Part shown: positions 17,717 to 26,605 of the stretch, one piece after another | How the letters are laid out: each line of letters begins with the position of its first letter | How positions within the stretch are numbered: position 1 is the stretch's first letter | Assembly (NCBI GenBank): GCA_003056265.1 | Contig: NBVN01000002.1 | Location: forward strand, 30,001-62,000 | Length of the DNA: 32,000 nucleotides | Direction: 5' to 3' | Source of the DNA: Zestosphaera tikiterensis | Lineage (GTDB): Archaea; Thermoproteota; Thermoprotei_A; Sulfolobales; NBVN01 | Program-made: the position numbers and the translations under genes | The notes under the pieces: model-generated | What the model saw: the letters and a program-made list of their open reading frames with translations, nothing else | Database searches by the model: none | Told to the model about the DNA's origin: nothing

Positions 17717-18510
17717 CTAGGCCTTAAATAAACAAGGCATAAATCGCTTCTGTCTACGATGCCTACGAGTTTATATGAGTCGTCAACTATCGGCACCCTA
17801 CCGAAGTCCTTCTTAACCATTAACGAGACCGCATCCCTAACCTTATTATACGGTTTCAACACCTCAGCCGGTGAGGTCATAGCTTCTTTTATCTTAGGTC
17901 CGGGACGCGGGCCTGATTCAGATTCAAGCTCTATTCGGGTATAGCCTTTCTTCAGTAGGTCATGTTGTGTTATGATGCCTACAACCACTAAGTCTCTATT
18001 CCTAGCTACTGGGAAACCACTATACCTGAGCTCAACCATCTTCCTCCAAACCTTACTTACAGGGTCTTCAGGACTTACGTATTCTACGTTAGTAGACATA
18101 ACATCCGAAAGCTTTATCTCGTGAAGTGGAGTGTCCTTACGAATGACTTCCCTTAGGAAAGCATCGAGGGAAATCACCCCTAAGTACTTATTACCTACCT
18201 CACTAACTACTGGTGAATACCATTCGTCGAACTCTATCATTGTTTTGAAAACCTTCACGTCTTCCTCCTCAGGCTTAAACACTAAGTGAGGTTCCTCCAT
18301 AACGTTAGCCACTATAGCGTCGGATTTAGTGGATGTAAGCGTTAAAACATGCTCACGCCTCACAACACCTACTAAGTTCATGTCTTCATTAACTACGGGA
18401 AGCATACGCAGGCCTAAATCACGCATAAGCGCCCTAGCCTGCGTTAGTAAAGAATTAGGTGATATTTTAGGGTATCTAGAATTCATTAACGCTCTAATCC
18501 GCAAACTCAC
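17713..18510 (-). CDS. CBS-domain-only protein (4 CBS repeats), first gene of the operon
   Basis: Repeats end in GVVRREHVLTL, GVISLDAFLREV, GIITQHDLLKKG and GIVDRSDLCLVY. It overlaps the next gene by 4 nt. A TATA-like ATATATTT lies about 30 nt upstream. Confidence 0.8.
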   Translation of the reverse strand: MSLRIRALMNSRYPKISPNSLLTQARALMRDLGLRMLPVVNEDMNLVGVVRREHVLTLTSTKSDAIVANVMEEPHLVFKPEEEDVKVFKTMIEFDEWYSPVVSEVGNKYLGVISLDAFLREVIRKDTPLHEIKLSDVMSTNVEYVSPEDPVSKVWRKMVELRYSGFPVARNRDLVVVGIITQHDLLKKGYTRIELESESGPRPGPKIKEAMTSPAEVLKPYNKVRDAVSLMVKKDFGRVPIVDDSYKLVGIVDRSDLCLVYLRPR

Positions 18511-18849
18511 ACCAATTATTTATCGTTTTTAAGAAATATATGCTTTGATGAACTGAAACCACTTCGTAAACCTTTTAAAAGTAAAATCCACGTTACTTAA
18601 CAATCACATCCCTACCCACATCACAACAACTCAAATCACGCGTCATTCCCGCAGGTCTAGCCACTATTCTTAGAATATCATTAATCAATCTCGAGAAGTC
18701 TTAGGAACTCGACGTTTGTAGTCCCCTCTCATAAAGCAAAAATAAAACATCACCAAGAAAGTAAGGAGGGTTATAAACCCTCCCATCTCTGCCTTAGGAC
18801 AAGGGCTTTCGGTTGTAAGGGCTGAGAACGTAAGTCATTTTGAATTAGG

Positions 18850-18862
18850 AAAAACTAAAAAA
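18850..18862 (-). terminator. Oligo-T transcription terminator candidate downstream of the thermosome gene
   Basis: The minus strand reads TTTTTTAGTTTTT, 32-44 nt after the thermosome stop codon. Archaeal RNAP terminates at oligo-T tracts. Confidence 0.45.
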
Positions 18863-18893
18863 CGTTTAATTAAATGAACCTACCCTACGTTCG

Positions 18894-20561
18894 TTACTCT
18901 TCTTTCTTCTCCTCTTCTTCTTTCTTCTTCTCCTCTTTCTTTTCTTCCTTAGCTTTAGAGGCAGCTACTATATCGTCTATCCTGAGTATTAAAGTCGCTG
19001 CTTCAGTGCCTGCTTTCAAAGCGTTAACTTTAACGGCTAACGGCTCTATAACGCCTAAAGCTTCCATGTCATCTACCTTACCTTTGAATACGTTAATGCC
19101 GTATTTAACTCCTTCTGGTTTGCTGTGAGCGCTTCTTAAATCTGAAAGCATGTCTATCGGGTCTAAACCAGCGTTTTCAACTAGTGCTGAGATTATACCT
19201 TCTAAGGCTTTAGCGAATGCTAACACAGCTAACTGTTCTTTACCGCTTACTTTAGACGCGTAATCCCTCACGAACTTAGCTATCTCAGCTTCGAAAGCTC
19301 CGCCACCGTAAACTATTCTCGGGTTTCTCAACACATCAGCTACTACGCTTAAAGCATCTCTTAAGGACCTCTCAGCTTCGTCGACAACCCTCTCTAAACC
19401 ACCTCTTATGAGTATGCTGACGGCTTTAGGATCTTTAGTTCCTTCAACGAACACCATCTTATCCTCTCCGACTTTCCTCTCCTCCACTAGTTCTGCGTAT
19501 CCTAAGTCGTTCGGCGTTAAGTCCTCTATATTGCTAACTATTCTTCCTCCTGTTGCTCTTTCTAGTTTTTCCATGTCTGATCTTTTAACTCTTCTTACTG
19601 CTAGTATTCCTTTCTTTGCTAGGAAGTGTTGAGCTACGTCATCAATACCCTTCTGACAAATAACAACATTAGCACCAGTAGCAGCAATCTTCTCAACCAT
19701 ATCCTTAAGTATGTTTTCTTTCTGCTCTAGGAACTTCCTCATCATTTCAGGGTCGCTGATCCTTATCTCAGCGTCTATTTCAGTCTTCTCGATTTCTAAC
19801 GGTGCGTCTATTAAAGCTATCTTAGCTTTCTCAACCCTCTTAGGCATCCCAGGATGAACAACTTCCTTATCCAACACAATACCGTATATTAACTGAGTGT
19901 CGGCTAATGAGCCACCGTGCTTCTTAATTATCTGGATGTTGTCTAGGTCTACGTATATCCTGTTGTCTCTAAACTCAGCTACTTGCTTAACGGCTTTAAC
20001 GGCTATCTCACTGAATAAGTCTCTCACGCCATGTACGGCCTTACTGGTTAAAGCTGTTGAGGCGATCTTCTTGAGAGTTTCTAAATCGTTTATATCTACT
20101 TCCTTAGATATGCTTTCAGCGTATTTAATAGCTTCCTCTAAAGCTTTCTTATAGCCGTTAATTATAACGGTCGGATGTACCTCCTTAGCGAGTAGATCCT
20201 CAGCTGCTTTAAGTAACTCACCAGCGAATATAACTGAGGTTTTAGTTCCGTCACCTACTTCATCGTCTTGACCTTTAGCTATCTGCACTAACATCTTAGC
20301 GGCTGGATGCTGTACATCCATCTTATCTAAGATTGTCGCTCCATCGTTGGTTATCGTTACGTCGCCTAAGGTATCGACGAGCATCTTATCCATGCCGCGA
20401 GGGCCGTACGTCGTTCTAAGCATTTCAGATATCGTTATCGCAGCCATCATATTAGATCTTAGGGCTTCAGCTCCTGTGGTTCTTTGCGTACCTTCCTTCA
20501 AGATTAAAACCGGTATACCTGCCGTAGGGGCAGGACCTCTGGCAGCCATGATTACACCCAT
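18894..20561 (-). CDS. ths: Thermosome (group II chaperonin) subunit
   Basis: Family motifs are [29 protein letters not shown] and VYGGGAFE. The 555-aa protein has a C-terminal Glu/Lys tail [20 protein letters not shown]. Confidence 0.93.
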   Translation of the reverse strand: MGVIMAARGPAPTAGIPVLILKEGTQRTTGAEALRSNMMAAITISEMLRTTYGPRGMDKMLVDTLGDVTITNDGATILDKMDVQHPAAKMLVQIAKGQDDEVGDGTKTSVIFAGELLKAAEDLLAKEVHPTVIINGYKKALEEAIKYAESISKEVDINDLETLKKIASTALTSKAVHGVRDLFSEIAVKAVKQVAEFRDNRIYVDLDNIQIIKKHGGSLADTQLIYGIVLDKEVVHPGMPKRVEKAKIALIDAPLEIEKTEIDAEIRISDPEMMRKFLEQKENILKDMVEKIAATGANVVICQKGIDDVAQHFLAKKGILAVRRVKRSDMEKLERATGGRIVSNIEDLTPNDLGYAELVEERKVGEDKMVFVEGTKDPKAVSILIRGGLERVVDEAERSLRDALSVVADVLRNPRIVYGGGAFEAEIAKFVRDYASKVSGKEQLAVLAFAKALEGIISALVENAGLDPIDMLSDLRSAHSKPEGVKYGINVFKGKVDDMEALGVIEPLAVKVNALKAGTEAATLILRIDDIVAASKAKEEKKEEKKKEEEEKKEE

Positions 20562-20581
20562 TAATCCAATATCAAACGGTT

Positions 20582-20590
20582 CTATATAAG
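20582..20590 (-). promoter_or_regulatory. TATA box candidate for the thermosome gene (near-leaderless)
   Basis: The minus strand reads CTTATATAG, centred about 25 nt upstream of the ATG at 20561. Confidence 0.45.
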
Positions 20591-20700
20591 CTTTTCGCTA
20601 ATCAACACCGCCCGTCACTTACTGAATAACCGAAGTTATATTCGTAACCGTAGTTAATAGCTTATATTCCACGTCTTTAAGAGTTAATTGGTTGAGAGCG

Positions 20701-20925
20701 ATGGGGAGGGTTAGGACTTCGATAGTGAAGCGTACTGCGAGGCGTTTGCTTGAGTTATACCCTAGTGAAGTAAGTAAAGATTTTGAAGAGAATAAAAAGT
20801 TAGTTAGTAAGTACGTATATGTAAGGTCTAAGAAGTTAAGGAATAAGATCGCCGGGTATTTAACCCACTTAGTTAAGATTAAGGAGAAGTTAGAGAAGGC
20901 CTCAGCGGCTAAGGCGGAAGCTTAA
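20701..20925 (+). CDS. rps17e: Ribosomal protein S17e (eS17)
   Basis: [34 protein letters not shown] matches the eS17 N-terminal pattern. I prefer ATG 20701 over the TTG 20692 in the ORF track. A TATA-like TTATATT is at 20662-20668. Confidence 0.85.
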   Translation: MGRVRTSIVKRTARRLLELYPSEVSKDFEENKKLVSKYVYVRSKKLRNKIAGYLTHLVKIKEKLEKASAAKAEA

Positions 20926-20942
20926 AGAGGTGTTTTTAAAAC

Positions 20943-21221
20943 GTGATGATTACCGTAGAGCTTCTCGGTGTTTTAAGGGGTAGGTTAGGTAGGGATTCCA
21001 TAGTTAAAGACGTAAGCGGTGGTATGAAGCTTAAAGAACTGCTTAAAAACCTTAGGGAGGAAGTCCCGGAGTTGAAGGAGGCTATAGAGGAGGATGGGAG
21101 CGTTACATCCTCTTACGTTGTTTTCATAAACGGCGTGGATTACTACCTTCTCAACGGTGAGAACTACGTACTTAAAGATGGGGATAAGGTAACTTTGGTG
21201 CCTATAAGTCATGGAGGTTAA
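20943..21221 (+). CDS. MoaD/ThiS-family beta-grasp protein with a C-terminal Gly-Gly (SAMP/Urm1-like small modifier or sulfur carrier)
   Basis: The protein is about 91 aa and ends ...LKDGDKVTLVPISHGG. The internal pattern VFINGV...L.DGD.V is typical of ThiS/MoaD. ATG 20946 is an alternative start. Confidence 0.7.
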   Translation: MMITVELLGVLRGRLGRDSIVKDVSGGMKLKELLKNLREEVPELKEAIEEDGSVTSSYVVFINGVDYYLLNGENYVLKDGDKVTLVPISHGG

Positions 21222-21765
21222 CCTTAACTCAAGCGCTTCATTTCTGTTGAACGAGTTAAGCAAATTGAACGTACGTTTAAGATATTGCGTTACGTACTCA
21301 AACGAGGTCTTAAACCTCGTTGAAAGCTTTCACTCCGGGAGTGAGTTATGCGTTACTCAAGCAATCCCCGCGGCTTTAGTTATAGCTGAGCAGCAGCTAA
21401 AGATACCTGCGATCTACACGGCTGAAGCATTCATAACTAAAAACAACGTAAGTGAAAAACCGCATATTGAGTACTTACTCTACTTCGTAGGGACTAGACA
21501 AATTAAAGAAGCTTTAAACAAACTACGTAAGTTTACACGCGAGCCATACATACTGATTAGGTTCTGCTTAAATAGAGATCCGGAAGTTGAAGACCTTGAA
21601 AAAACGTTTAAATGCCTCGACAGGAAGATAGGTGAGTTAAACTTCGTTGATGAAGACGCTTTAGCCGAGGTGTATGGCATACGTAAAAGCCAGGCTTCAG
21701 AAATGTTGAAAGATGTGTTAACTCGAATAACGTATTTTAAAATCACCGCGTTCAAGAAAGCGTAA
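21211..21765 (+). CDS. cgi121: KEOPS complex subunit Cgi121
   Basis: EYLLYFVGTRQIKEALNKL, ILIRFCL and the C-terminal helix LAEVYGIRKS...VLTRITYFKI parallel the archaeal Cgi121 pattern (E.L..sG.RQI.eAi; v.L.c) as I recall it from Methanocaldococcus Cgi121. The ORF overlaps the upstream gene by 11 nt. Confidence 0.6.
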   Translation: MEVNLNSSASFLLNELSKLNVRLRYCVTYSNEVLNLVESFHSGSELCVTQAIPAALVIAEQQLKIPAIYTAEAFITKNNVSEKPHIEYLLYFVGTRQIKEALNKLRKFTREPYILIRFCLNRDPEVEDLEKTFKCLDRKIGELNFVDEDALAEVYGIRKSQASEMLKDVLTRITYFKITAFKKA

Positions 21766-21833
21766 AACTTTCACGTATGGGAAACTCTAAATTTATAACC
21801 CCTACCACTCATTATATGTGGGTGTGCCTAGCT

Positions 21834-21917
21834 ATGGAGGAAGAGTGGTGGGAAGAAGAGGAAGAGGAAGAAGAATGGTGGGAAGAGGAAGAAGAGTGGG
21901 AGGAGGAAGAAGAGTAA
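21834..21917 (+). CDS. 27-codon micro-ORF encoding MEEEWWEEEEEEEEWWEEEEEWEEEEE (hypothetical; could instead be a purine-rich ncRNA)
   Basis: ATG is at 21834 and TAA at 21915-21917. A TATA-like TTTATAA at 21792-21798 lies about 36 nt upstream. Two T5 runs (21929-21933 and 21946-21950) lie just downstream. The ORF is isolated in a 420-nt intergenic region. Confidence 0.3.
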   Translation: MEEEWWEEEEEEEEWWEEEEEWEEEEE

Positions 21918-22141
21918 GCTCATTGAAGTTTTTAAGTGAATGACGTTTTTCTCAATTAAGTTGTTAAAGACCTAAATTAAGAGGTTGTGTTTAAGTTTAT
22001 GCTTGCTTTGAATGAAGTAGTCAGTATTGGAGTTATAAGTCACTACTCCTAGCCGTCACCACTCATCATCCACTATAGTTTACGTGGTGGGTATTTATTA
22101 ACTATTTTAAGGTTAGTTAAAGCTTCAACGCCTTCACTTCA

Positions 22142-22149
22142 TTTATAAA
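22142..22149 (+). promoter_or_regulatory. TATA box candidate for the ABCE1 gene
   Basis: TTTATAAA lies 36-45 nt upstream of the GTG 22185 / ATG 22194 starts. Confidence 0.4.
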
Positions 22150-22184
22150 TGATTATTAAGTTCCTTAGGGAGTGTAGTTTTTAG

Positions 22185-24026
22185 GTGTTGGCGATGGTTA
22201 GAGTGGCTGTGATTGATTACGAGCTCTGTAAGCCGCATAGATGTAGGACTGAATGCGTTAGGTTTTGCCCTGTTAATAGATCTGGAGGTAAGGCTATAGA
22301 ACTTTCTGAAAGTGTTGGTGGGAAGGCTTTAATCTATGAAGTTGCGTGCGTGGGTTGCGGTATATGCGTTAAGAAATGCCCGTTTAACGCCATAACGGTT
22401 GTTAACTTGCCTGACGAGCTTGAGAAGAGGTTAGTCCATAGATACGGTCCGAACGCGTTTAAGCTATATGGACTTCCAACACCTCAGGAGGGTATGGTGA
22501 TAGGTGTTTTAGGTAAGAACGGCTCAGGCAAAACTACTGTGTTGAGGATATTATCCGGTGAGTTAATCCCTAACTTCGGCGATTTTAACGAAAGCCCTTC
22601 TTGGGAGAAGGTTTTAGAGCGGTTTAGAGGTACTGAATTACATCAGTACTTCAGGAGGGTAAGCAATAAAGAGTTGAAAGTCATTCATAAAATCCAGCAC
22701 GTCGATTTAATAAGAAGGTACGTTAAGGGTTACGTGAAGGAAGTCCTCGAAAAATATGATGAGAGGGGACTGCTTAACGACGTTAGGAAAATACTCTCTT
22801 TAGATAGTGCGTGGGATAATAAAATAGCTAACTTAAGCGGTGGTGAGCTACAGAAATTCGCTATAGCCGTCGCTATATTAAGGGAGGCTCGCGCGTATTT
22901 CTTCGACGAACCATCAAGCTATTTAGACGTTAAGGAAAGGTTAGCTATGGCTAGAGCTATTAGGGAGTTACTCCCTAAGAACTCGTACGTGGTTGTCGTC
23001 GAGCATGACTTAGCGGTTCTTGATTACGTCTCAGACAACGTAGTTATAATGTATGGTGAGCCGGGGGTTTACGGCTTCTGCTCTAAGCTCTATTCCGTAG
23101 GCTCCGGTATAAACCACTTCCTAGAGGGTTACCTACCCGCTGAAAACATGAGGATTAGGGATGAACCCATAATATTTCAGTCGAAGCCGCCGGCGGAAGT
23201 CTCAACAGTTAAGAAGGAGTTTCTCTACTGGCCTAAACTGATTAAGAGCTTAAACGGCTTTAAATTAACTGTTGAGGAAGGCTTTTCCTACATGGGCGAG
23301 GTCCTCGGCATATTAGGGCCTAACGCTATAGGTAAGACCACGTTCATAAGGCTTCTCGCCGGCGAGTTACAACCTGATGAAGGCTTCGTAACTACGGAGG
23401 GTCTTAAAATAAGCTATAAACCTCAATACATAAAAGCTGAAACTTACGAATGGCGTACTGTTGAGGAGGCTTTGAAGGAGCTTAGGAAGGAGGGCTTAGC
23501 CGCGACCGAATGGTTTGAAGTCGACGTGGTTAGGAAGTTAGGACTTCATAAGTTAGGCGATAAGGAGATAGCGTCTTTAAGCGGTGGTGAGTTACAGAAA
23601 TTCGCTATTTTCGTTTCGTTGGCTAAGGAGGCGGACATATACTTAATAGATGAGCCGTCCGCGTTTATAGACGTTGAGGAGAGGTTAACCGTAGCTAAAG
23701 CTATAAAGAAGGTTTGCGAGGTTAGGAGGACTACGGTTTTCCTAGTGGATCACGACGTCTCGTTAATTAGTTACGTCGCTGACAGGATGATAGTTTTTAA
23801 CGGTATCCCAGGTAAGGAAGGACATGCTAGAAGCCCTACAGACGTTAGAGTGGGTATGAATGAATTCCTGAAGAACCTTCAAACAACGTTTAGAAGGGAT
23901 TTGAAGACGGGAAGACCTAGGGTTAATAAACCTGGTTCATACCTGGATAGGTATCAGAAAAGCATAGGTGAGTATTACTTTATAGAAACAGGTGTTGGAG
24001 GTCAGCAAGTAAGTGAGGAGAAGTGA
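22185..24026 (+). CDS. abcE1: ABCE1 / RNase L inhibitor (ribosome recycling factor) with an N-terminal 2x[4Fe-4S] domain and twin ABC cassettes
   Basis: The N-terminus reads VAVIDYELCKPHRCRTECVRFCPV...CVGCGICVKKCPF. Walker A motifs are GKNGSGKTT and GPNAIGKTT, and there are two LSGGELQKFAI signature motifs. ATG 22194 is the likely start. Confidence 0.93.
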   Translation: MLAMVRVAVIDYELCKPHRCRTECVRFCPVNRSGGKAIELSESVGGKALIYEVACVGCGICVKKCPFNAITVVNLPDELEKRLVHRYGPNAFKLYGLPTPQEGMVIGVLGKNGSGKTTVLRILSGELIPNFGDFNESPSWEKVLERFRGTELHQYFRRVSNKELKVIHKIQHVDLIRRYVKGYVKEVLEKYDERGLLNDVRKILSLDSAWDNKIANLSGGELQKFAIAVAILREARAYFFDEPSSYLDVKERLAMARAIRELLPKNSYVVVVEHDLAVLDYVSDNVVIMYGEPGVYGFCSKLYSVGSGINHFLEGYLPAENMRIRDEPIIFQSKPPAEVSTVKKEFLYWPKLIKSLNGFKLTVEEGFSYMGEVLGILGPNAIGKTTFIRLLAGELQPDEGFVTTEGLKISYKPQYIKAETYEWRTVEEALKELRKEGLAATEWFEVDVVRKLGLHKLGDKEIASLSGGELQKFAIFVSLAKEADIYLIDEPSAFIDVEERLTVAKAIKKVCEVRRTTVFLVDHDVSLISYVADRMIVFNGIPGKEGHARSPTDVRVGMNEFLKNLQTTFRRDLKTGRPRVNKPGSYLDRYQKSIGEYYFIETGVGGQQVSEEK

Positions 24027-24055
24027 TTATGGGGTGTTGAAGCCTGGGCGTAGCA

Positions 24056-24601
24056 GTGGTGGTGTCTGGAACTCCCGGAACCGGTAAGTCGAGGATCGCC
24101 TTAGAGTTGGTTAAAAAGCTTAACGGCCTCTACTTAAATCTTTCAGAGGTTGCTTTACGTAATAACTTCATACTAGAGAAGGATTTAAAACGGGATTCCT
24201 ACGTTATAGATGAGGACAGGCTTAAAGCATATTTAATCGAGGTACTCAAGAGTTCGTCGGGTTATGTCGTTATAGATAGTCACTACGGGGAGATAGTGCC
24301 CGACGAATATGTGGAGAGGATTTTTGTGTTGAGGTTAAATCCACGTGAGCTTTACTTAAGGTTGAAGCAAAGAGGTTGGGATGAGTTAAAGGTTAAAGAG
24401 AATGTGGAGGCGGAGCTCTTAGGTGTTTGCACGTATAACGCGCTGGAGGAACACCCACAGTCTAAAGTTTGTGAGGTGGACGTTACTGGGAAGGGTGTGG
24501 ATGAGGTGGTTCATGAGTTAATCGATGTTTTAGAAGGAAGGAGGCCTTGCTACGTAGGTATCGATTGGTTAAGTGAGGATATCCTCGCTGAGATTCAGTG
24601 A
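24056..24601 (+). CDS. Fap7/AK6-type adenylate kinase-like NTPase (small-subunit ribosome biogenesis)
   Basis: The P-loop sits at the extreme N-terminus (VVSGTPGTGKSRIALEL). The protein is about 180 aa, with RLNPRELYLRLKQRGW in the lid region. It lies directly downstream of ABCE1. Confidence 0.7.
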   Translation: MVVSGTPGTGKSRIALELVKKLNGLYLNLSEVALRNNFILEKDLKRDSYVIDEDRLKAYLIEVLKSSSGYVVIDSHYGEIVPDEYVERIFVLRLNPRELYLRLKQRGWDELKVKENVEAELLGVCTYNALEEHPQSKVCEVDVTGKGVDEVVHELIDVLEGRRPCYVGIDWLSEDILAEIQ

Positions 24602-24638
24602 ATCTCACCGGATTTGAAGGCTGTGGTGGGTTAAGCGC

Positions 24639-26011
24639 TTATAATGAGGGCTTCACCTCAACTATTACTGGTTCCTGGCCTGGAGCGTCTACGATTGCTT
24701 CACCCACGCCTAGCTTAGGTATTACAGCCCTAAGGTCTTCACTCAACCCTAAAGACTTAACTATAAGTTCTATGTCTTCCCTTGACTTAAGGGTGTGTAC
24801 GACCTTAACGTTGGCGTTGTTAAGCATCCTGTAGTTAAGGATTAAAGGGGATTGCGTAACAAGCACTATAGCAATGCCTAACTTCCTAACTTCAGACATT
24901 AACCGACCTACTAAATCAGTGTTTGAGTTAACTACGTTATGAGCTTCCTCTACAAACACGTAGACCTGATCGTTAAGTAGGTGCTTCATCTTCGAAACCT
25001 CCACAGCTTTAAGTGTTAGTAGAACGCTAAGCTTCTTTACGTTGAAGTCCTTAAGCTGGGATAAATCAACGATAACGGGCTCTTCAGATTTGGAGATCGT
25101 TTCCACGAGTTTAGAATCCCTAGATATGTAGTTCCGACCCCTGCTTAAGTCTTGAAGCCTTCTTAAAAGAGCTAGCTTAGACTCTAACATCCACCTAGCC
25201 TCAACTTCAAAACCTTCTATAACGTCTTCAAGCACACTTAAGTTAGCTGGTATAACGCCGTCCAACGCTTTAAGCATTATGTAGGACTGCGCTGGCGTTA
25301 ACTGCAGAACCTCCTCGAAGATGTTTATTAAGTCGACAACATCATCAACTAAGAGGGGTATTGGGCTTTCCCTACACGGTTTAAAGACCTTACCTCTTCT
25401 AAGGAGGTTTTGATACTCTCCAAACCAGTCGAGGATTAACGTCCTTCCTTGCTTGGATGCTTGCGTAGCTATGTGTGCGGCTGTAGTTGTTTTTCCAGAG
25501 CCTGTAGAGCCTACTATAACGGCGTGCTTAGCTAGGTCATCCCCAGATATGTAGACTTTAAACTTAGGTGAGGTTTTCGCGTAACCTACGAAGACTTCCT
25601 TGCTTAAGCCGTTGCGTGAGTAAGGACTTAAGGTAAGCGGTAGCGACGTAAGCGTGGGTTTCCAAACTATCTTCTTAAAACGTTGTTTAAATCTAAAGGG
25701 TTTTTAGTCATGCAGTCTACCTCAATTAAGTCTACTTTAGTTCCGAACTCAGACTTAAGCAATGCCTTAAGTAAGGAGCTACACTTACTTAAAGCTTCAG
25801 ATTTTGAACTTATTTTAACGTAGGAGTAGTACTTATCGCTTATCTCTATCTTAACTTCAAGGTATGTTTCATCGCATACTTCCTTAAACCCCCTTAAAAC
25901 TTTAATTAAGTCTACGGTGGTTGATACCTTATCCTTACTAAGTATTTGAAAGCATGCGGTTTCCTCAGTTAATGCTTTATTTAAACCTACGGCCGTTTTT
26001 AAACACCCCAC
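24639..26011 (-). pseudogene. HerA/FtsK-superfamily (DUF87-like) ATPase split by a -1 frameshift: N-terminal ORF 26011-25667 plus an ATPase body open from 25703 to 24639
   Basis: Hand translation upstream of the tracked ORF (24639-25277) continues without a stop to 25703. It reads ...KVYISGDDLAKHAVIVGSTGSGKTTTAAHIATQASKQGRTLILDWFGEYQNLL (Walker A). There is no ATG, GTG or TTG in frame before Walker A. Walker B is VYVFVEEAHN and VLVTQSP is downstream. The 114-aa ORF ending at 25667 is in the frame 1 nt downstream. Confidence 0.7.
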
Positions 26012-26059
26012 AATATCGTTAGATTTATAAATTGTTACATATTAAGTTTGGGTGTTTAA

Positions 26060-26464
26060 GTGGAGTTAAGGGAAGGGCTCATACGCGACTCAGGTTTGGT
26101 GGAGAAAATCGAGAAGTCGAGGATTCCTAAAGTTCTCTTGATTAGTTTTAGAGGTAACGTAGTGAATGTTAAGATGGATTTACTGCGGGATTTGCTGGTT
26201 TTCAACGAAGGCGATAAGGTTGAGTTCGTCCTCAGTAGGGAAATGCCTCAATACGTTGAGGGTAGGGACTTCCTTGGGTGGGGTTACGTAGTGAGTAAGA
26301 AGCGCGAGTCCGTTAAGTCAAACGCCGGCGAGGTTGCGGAGGTCGATAAGCTTCTAGTGTCTCTTTGGGGTTACCTCTTCGTGATAGAATCTAAGGAAAA
26401 GATAAGCGATTTATTTGAGGTTATGGATAAAGTCTACGTTAAGATCTCTAAAGAAGGTAGTTAG
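26060..26464 (+). CDS. rpo8: RNA polymerase subunit Rpo8 (RpoG), crenarchaeal type
   Basis: FLGWGYVVSKK, LLVSLWGYLFVIES and DKVYVKISK parallel the Sulfolobus Rpo8 pattern as I recall it (FCGHGYIVTE, ISLFGLLVKI, DHVYFCVKK). The 134-aa protein has TTTATAAA at 26024-26031 upstream. Confidence 0.55.
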   Translation: MELREGLIRDSGLVEKIEKSRIPKVLLISFRGNVVNVKMDLLRDLLVFNEGDKVEFVLSREMPQYVEGRDFLGWGYVVSKKRESVKSNAGEVAEVDKLLVSLWGYLFVIESKEKISDLFEVMDKVYVKISKEGS

Positions 26465-26605
26465 TTAAGGTAGGTTTAGAGCGCTTCACAGCTTTTATGC
26501 TTTTTAACGACTAGTTAGTTAGTGGTGGTTTGACTGTCTGGGATTGATTTCAGTCCTTTTAAGAGGAAAAGCGGTGTTAACGAAGACTACGTTAAGTACT
26601 TAGAG

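Noticed and set aside
18545-18556. TTGATGAaCTGA, a C box directly abutting a D box
   Set aside because: There is no guide spacer and no second box pair, so it cannot be a conventional C/D sRNA. I mention it only within the spacer finding.
18894-18960. 60-nt polypyrimidine (plus strand) / GAA-GAG repeat tract
   Set aside because: The Glu/Lys-rich C-terminal tail of the thermosome ([18 protein letters not shown]) explains it fully. It is not an independent repeat element.
15219-20589. Plus-strand ORFs inside the CBS genes and the thermosome gene (15219-15512, 17013-17201, 17475-17696, 17759-17944, 18329-18532, 18874-19128, 19408-19632, 19897-20154, 20347-20589)
   Set aside because: All are antisense to well-supported genes with clear family motifs, and none has a motif of its own.
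20985-21755. Minus-strand ORFs 20985-21263 and 21480-21755 (92 and 91 aa)
   Set aside because: They are antisense to the MoaD/ThiS-like gene and cgi121. They have no motifs, and the sense-strand genes form an overlapping operon.
24598-24834. Plus-strand 78-aa ORF following the Fap7-like gene
   Set aside because: It is antisense to the 3' end of the HerA-like ATPase, which has clear motifs (VLVTQSP), and its product is Ser/Thr/Leu-rich.
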